Shown: one piece after another, positions 59,958 to 64,000 of the stretch
Layout of the letters: each line of letters opens with the position of its first letter
Position numbering within the stretch: position 1 is the first letter of the stretch
NCBI GenBank assembly: GCA_040005235.1
Contig: JBDTZG010000003.1
Span: forward strand, 160,001-224,000
Origin: Acidobacteriota bacterium
GTDB taxonomy: Bacteria; Acidobacteriota; Thermoanaerobaculia; Multivoradales; UBA5704
Length of the DNA: 64,000 bases
Direction of reading: 5' to 3'
The notes under the pieces: model-generated
Database searches by the model: none
The model's input: the letters and a program-made list of their open reading frames with translations, nothing else
Told to the model about the DNA's origin: nothing
Made by a program: the position numbers and the translations under genes

Positions 59958-61321
59958 GCCCCTCCTCCCGCCTGTTCGGCACCGACGGCATCCGCGCGCC
60001 GTTCGGTACTCCGCCGCTCGATCGCCGGACGATCTCCGCCCTCGCCCACGCACTCGGCGCAAAGCTCCGCGCCGCCCGGGCCGACGGCGCCTTGCCGATC
60101 GTCATCCTCGGCGGCGACACCCGAGAGAGCACGCCGGAGATCTGTGCCTGGCTCGCGTCCGGGCTTGTGCCGGAAGGTGTCGAGGTTCGCTACGAGGAGG
60201 ACATCCCGACGCCCGGCATCGCGTACCTCGTCCGCCGACACGGCGCGGCCTGCGGCATAGCGGTATCGGCGAGCCACAACCCGGTGCCCGACAACGGCGT
60301 CAAGCTGATCGACGGCGAAGGCTTCAAGTGGACGGAAGAGGCGGAAGCCGAGCTCGAATCGGAATTGCTGGCGATCCGCGATGCTCCGGATTTTGCCCCG
60401 AAGGCCGTGACCGCTCTGAAGCGCTACAAGGGTCTGGTCTATGAATACCTCGACGCCCTCTACGGGGATCTACCCGGGAAGAAAACGCTCGCGGGCTTGA
60501 AGCTCGCGATCGACTGCGGCAACGGAGCTGCGTCCGATTTCGGGAACGCCCTGTTCGGTGGCATCGGCGCCACGGTCCAGGTGATCAATGACCGGCCAAA
60601 CGGCACGAACATCAACGCCGGCTGCGGCTCGACCCATCCGGAGGTGGTTGCATCGCGCGTCTTGGAGATCGGCGCCGACATGGGGCTGGCGTTCGACGGC
60701 GACGCCGACCGCTGCATCCTGGTCGACGAGCGCGGCGAGGTCCGCGACGGCGACGCGATCCTCTACCTCTGGGCGCGCGATCTCGCGGCGAAAGGCGAGC
60801 TGCCGCACCGAAAGATCGTCGCCACCTCGATGAGCAACCTGGGCCTGGTGCGAGCCCTCGCGCGCGAAGGCATCGGCGTCGTCCGCTGTGATGTCGGCGA
60901 CCGCCAGGTGGTCGCCACCATGAAAGCCGAAGGGATCGTCCTAGGCGGCGAGCAGTCCGGCCACATCGTCTACCTGAAGGAAGCGAGCACGGGAGACGGC
61001 CTGCTCACCGCCCTCCACATCGCCACCCTGCGAGCCCGATCCGGCGAGCCGCTCTCCCAAATGCTGGCCGGCTTTCGCCGCTACCCCCAGATCCTCAGCA
61101 ACATTCCAGTCCGCGAGAAGAAATCCTTCGCCGACCTACCCGGAGTCGCCGCCGCCGCCGCCCGCGTCGAACAAAGGTTAGGAGACGACGGCCGGCTCGT
61201 TCTGCGCTACAGCGGCACCGAGCCCCTCGCCCGGATCATGATCGAAGGGGCGGACCAGGCCGAGATCACCGCACTCGCGGGCGAGATCGCGACGGAGATT
61301 CGCGGGGCGATCGGGGCGTAG
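59954..61321 (+). CDS. glmM: Phosphoglucosamine mutase
   Basis: FGTDGIR, SASHNP, DGDADR, GGEQSGH, RYSGTEP. Confidence 0.96.
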   Translation: MSPSSRLFGTDGIRAPFGTPPLDRRTISALAHALGAKLRAARADGALPIVILGGDTRESTPEICAWLASGLVPEGVEVRYEEDIPTPGIAYLVRRHGAACGIAVSASHNPVPDNGVKLIDGEGFKWTEEAEAELESELLAIRDAPDFAPKAVTALKRYKGLVYEYLDALYGDLPGKKTLAGLKLAIDCGNGAASDFGNALFGGIGATVQVINDRPNGTNINAGCGSTHPEVVASRVLEIGADMGLAFDGDADRCILVDERGEVRDGDAILYLWARDLAAKGELPHRKIVATSMSNLGLVRALAREGIGVVRCDVGDRQVVATMKAEGIVLGGEQSGHIVYLKEASTGDGLLTALHIATLRARSGEPLSQMLAGFRRYPQILSNIPVREKKSFADLPGVAAAAARVEQRLGDDGRLVLRYSGTEPLARIMIEGADQAEITALAGEIATEIRGAIGA

Positions 61322-61478
61322 GGGTGCATCGCAGTATCTAAATTCCAGCCCCCTGAGCGATCGGTAATATGCTAGACTTTTGTGGCAAGAAATTTTCCAG
61401 TGTACCTGCATGCACCAACGGTTTTCGCGGCAGTCCAACCCAACCGGCGCTTGGTTTGGCCAAGAAAGGGAATCCGAC

Positions 61479-61931
61479 ATGACGCAGAAGGTGGTACCTC
61501 AAGTTGCTCCGCATTTCACACTCCCTACGGCACGGTTCATCTCCCTCCACGATCTCGGCGCCCAGGGCCCGGTGATCCTCGTGTTCTATGACGCGCGTGG
61601 GGCGGAGTTCTGAACGAAGCGCCTGACTGCGTTCGAGGCGAATCTGCCTCAGTATCGTGGTCAGAATGTCCAGGTTCTGGGCATCAGCGCTGATAACGAT
61701 CCAGTCGCCACGGCCAAATGGGCCAGGGAGATCGGCGTCACCTTCCCCCTGCTGTCTGACCACGATGGGGTGATTGCAAGGCAGTTCGGACTTTTCGACG
61801 AGAAGTCGGCACTTACTGCTAAGGCCGTGGCAGTCATCCATGATGGGGCTATCATTCACAAGGAAATTGTAACCAGCACCGAGGTACCAGAGCGCCTGCT
61901 CCCGTGGATGGCCCGCGTGGCGGGCCTGTAG
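61479..61931 (+). CDS. Peroxiredoxin/AhpC-TSA-like protein with in-frame TGA (candidate selenoprotein)
   Basis: MTQK..APHFTLP..VILVFYDARGAEF-TGA(61611)-TKRL..QVLGISAD..TFPLLSD..IARQFG; the frame continues to TAG 61929-61931. Confidence 0.75.
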
Positions 61932-62067
61932 CCGCCCATACGCAGTCCCTGTTTTCTGCCCGGGAATCGGCCCGCCGATGCCGCGAGGCGCTGTTCGCCT
62001 CGCGGCCACCGCGCCGCAGAGCCCCACCACCTGTCGGCGGAGCGCGCGGAGGGCTCTGCCGAAGCGC

Positions 62068-62415
62068 ACCATCGGTGAGCTGGACCGCGACACCGGTGCG
62101 CTGGGCCAGAGCACCAGTGAGCTGAACCGTGAAAGCAGTGTCCTGGGCCAGAGCACCGGTGAGCTGCACCGCAACACCACTGCCCTGGGCCAGAGCACTG
62201 CTGAGCTGAGCCGTAACACAAGTGCCCTGGGCCAGAGCACCGCTGAGCTGGACCGCAACAGCAGTGCCCTGAGCCAGAGCACCGGTGGGCCGGACCGTGA
62301 CAGCAGTGCCCTGAGCCGGAGCACTAGTTAGCCGGACCGTGAAACCAGTGCCCTGAGCCGGAGCACCCGTGAGCCGAACCGTGACAGCAGTGCCCCGAGC
62401 CGGAGCACCGGTGGG
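62068..62415. repeat. 21/42-bp tandem repeat (about 8 x 42 bp)
   Basis: Alternating AGCACCGGTGAGCTGAACCGT-like and AACAGCAGTGCCCTGGGCCAG-like units. Confidence 0.92.
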
Positions 62416-62456
62416 TAGTGGGGTATTAGGCCGGTTGCTACCCGGTTCCCAAGCCT

Positions 62457-62491
62457 AAAGCAAAACGCCCGGCGATTATCCCGCCGGGCGT
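62457..62491 (-). terminator. Rho-independent terminator for the HicBA-like pair
   Basis: 10-bp stem ACGCCCGGCG/CGCCGGGCGT followed on the minus strand by TTTGCTTT. Confidence 0.7.
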
Positions 62492-62515
62492 GGAGTTTGG
62501 TTCAGTTGCGGCAGC

Positions 62516-62794
62516 TCACCCGAGATCAAGGCCGATATTGAGGTCTGCCGGATTGATCTTGAGTTGCCTACAAAGGCGCCGGACTAAGTCCCAACCGCAC
62601 TTCTGCTCCTCGTCTTCCGGGAGCGGCTCCGTCCACGTTTTCATTCCGTCGCGCTCGAATTCGAGATAGCGGATCTCTGTAGGCCCGCGTGGCCCCACAA
62701 GGCCGCCGGGCAGCGCGGTAACCTTAACCCCCAAGCCCTCCATTTTCTGGACGAGGACGCGAACCGCGGGCGACTGACCAAAAGGGTAGGCCAC
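62516..62794 (-). CDS. Small protein, divergent HicA-like
   Basis: 92 aa; C-terminal LVRRLCRQLKI resembles the HicA helix; abuts the upstream gene. Confidence 0.5.
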   Translation of the reverse strand: MAYPFGQSPAVRVLVQKMEGLGVKVTALPGGLVGPRGPTEIRYLEFERDGMKTWTEPLPEDEEQKCGWDLVRRLCRQLKINPADLNIGLDLG

Positions 62795-63139
62795 TTAGGC
62801 GGCTTTCCTCTCGCCTTCTGCTACCTTCATCGTAGTTTTTGGTACAGCAACTCGACGCGGAGCCCTGAAGCGAGGCTCACCGCTCGATACTACTGAGAGC
62901 GTTGCCTTCCGCCATAAATCCCAGTACTCGCGAGGCGCGGACTCAAGCTCTGAAAACGGCTCGATCTCCCTGGCCGCGCACGTAACGGCGTAGCCGACGA
63001 TGGCGCGCTCCAACTGGTAAGCCAAGTCCGGCAGTGTCTCGGCCTGCGCGCCAACGTCGTACTGAAGACACTGGCCAACCCAGCACCCGGGCTCTCTTTC
63101 AAAGAGTATTGCGTCAATCTCTATGCTAGGCGTTGCCAT
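62795..63139 (-). CDS. HicB-like antitoxin-fold protein
   Basis: WVGQCLQYDVGAQAETLPDL resembles the HicB N-terminal motif; start ATG 63139. Confidence 0.6.
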   Translation of the reverse strand: MATPSIEIDAILFEREPGCWVGQCLQYDVGAQAETLPDLAYQLERAIVGYAVTCAAREIEPFSELESAPREYWDLWRKATLSVVSSGEPRFRAPRRVAVPKTTMKVAEGERKAA

Positions 63140-63396
63140 AGCGTTCTCCCCGGCCGGGCAAAGCCTCAAGCGAGAGAAACGACCCAGGCTTGCCCTGCGG
63201 TATGCGGCGAGGTTAGTTTTTAACCCGCTTGACTGTCAAGAGGTAGTTTCTTCAGAGTCCAAGAGGCACACCCTAACTAGCTGGCCTCGTTGAGTTTAAT
63301 CAGCTGGGGCGGGGAATTATTCCAGCCGCGCCACGGGTACCGCCGCGGGCCAGCGGGTTGTAGCGGGTGATGAATAGCGGCTGAAGCGGCAGAACC

Positions 63397-63999
63397 TTAA
63401 GCTGCAACCGCCGCGTCGAGCAGGTCGCCCATGCTCCACAGGTTGCGGGTGAGCCCGGCGTTCATCGCGGGAGTCATCCGAACCGAGCGGTGGATCTTCA
63501 CCAGGTTGTAGTAGGCGAAGAACAGGGCGAGCGCCGCGCGGAGGTTCGCCTTCTTCCGCGAGAAGCCGTTCGAGAGCCGGGTGAAGCGGCGCATGTGCGT
63601 CCGAAGCGTCCAGTTGGCCCGCTCGATCCGCGACGTGCCGATGCGGTCATAGTCGGGGGTCCCGGAGATCCAAAACTTTTCCTGACCTATCAGGCGCGGC
63701 GGAGCATACCGCCGCGCCTCTTGACCTCCAACCGAACCGAATTCCTTGACGACTTGGCCGTAATCGACCCGGGCGCCGAAGTTCTTCTCGACCGCTTCGG
63801 CGTAGCCGCTGAAGCCGTCCGTGCTGAGGTGAAACCGGCCCGTCGTCGCGCCCGCGAGCTTGCCCATGAAGGTATCCGCGTCTTCCGAGGTGCGCTTGCC
63901 AAGGTGCCAGGCGAGAACAAGTTTCGTCTCGCGCGACAGGCCGATGAAGCAATAGGCGTCGCCCGCGTCCGGGGTTTGGATCTTCTTCCGCTTGACGGT
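63397..63999 (-). mobile_element. IS1-family transposase (5' end outside the window)
   Basis: Open to the window edge: GDAYCFIG..ETKLVLAWHLGKR, STDGFSGY, TSRIERANWTLRTHMRRFTRLSNGFSRK, YYNLVKIH, TPAM. Confidence 0.88.
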
Positions 64000-64000
64000 G

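Noticed and set aside
58486-61321. cdaA-cdaR-glmM cluster as a novelty
   Set aside because: A well-known conserved arrangement

Overview
High-GC bacterial chromosomal window, probably Acidobacteriota (inferred from tandem Acidobacterial-type VWA proteins and the gene content). Most of it is housekeeping: S9 peptidase, glgB-malQ, tsaE-nnr, ypdA-thiD-lgt, ftsK, rsmA, a MoxR/Bat operon, four tRNAs, rpmG, sodA and tilS-ftsH-folP-cdaA-cdaR-glmM. The centre (29.5-41.8 kb) is a type III-B CRISPR-Cas locus: cas10/cmr2-cmr3-cmr1-cmr4-cmr5-cmr6, a 2TM-CARF membrane effector (Cam1-like), a Csx3/Crn3-like ring nuclease, two arrays (13 and 6 repeats) with duplicated 198-bp leaders, a HigBA-like TA pair, and a cas6 translationally coupled to rsmA. 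Four features are missed or fragmented by the ORF track. (1) A deletion scar between the arrays joins the N-terminus of a reverse transcriptase to the C-terminal half of Cas2, which suggests a lost RT/Cas1/Cas2 adaptation module. (2) A 41-bp palindromic tandem repeat abuts array 1. (3) An 80-bp stem-loop element is inserted in frame in rsmA. (4) A Cys-free peroxiredoxin-like gene has an in-frame TGA exactly at the peroxidatic position followed by a SECIS-like hairpin (candidate selenoprotein). The right end is an accessory region with a 21/42-bp tandem repeat, a divergent HicBA-like pair and a partial IS1-family transposase. All calls come from reading the sequence by eye; no database searches were run.
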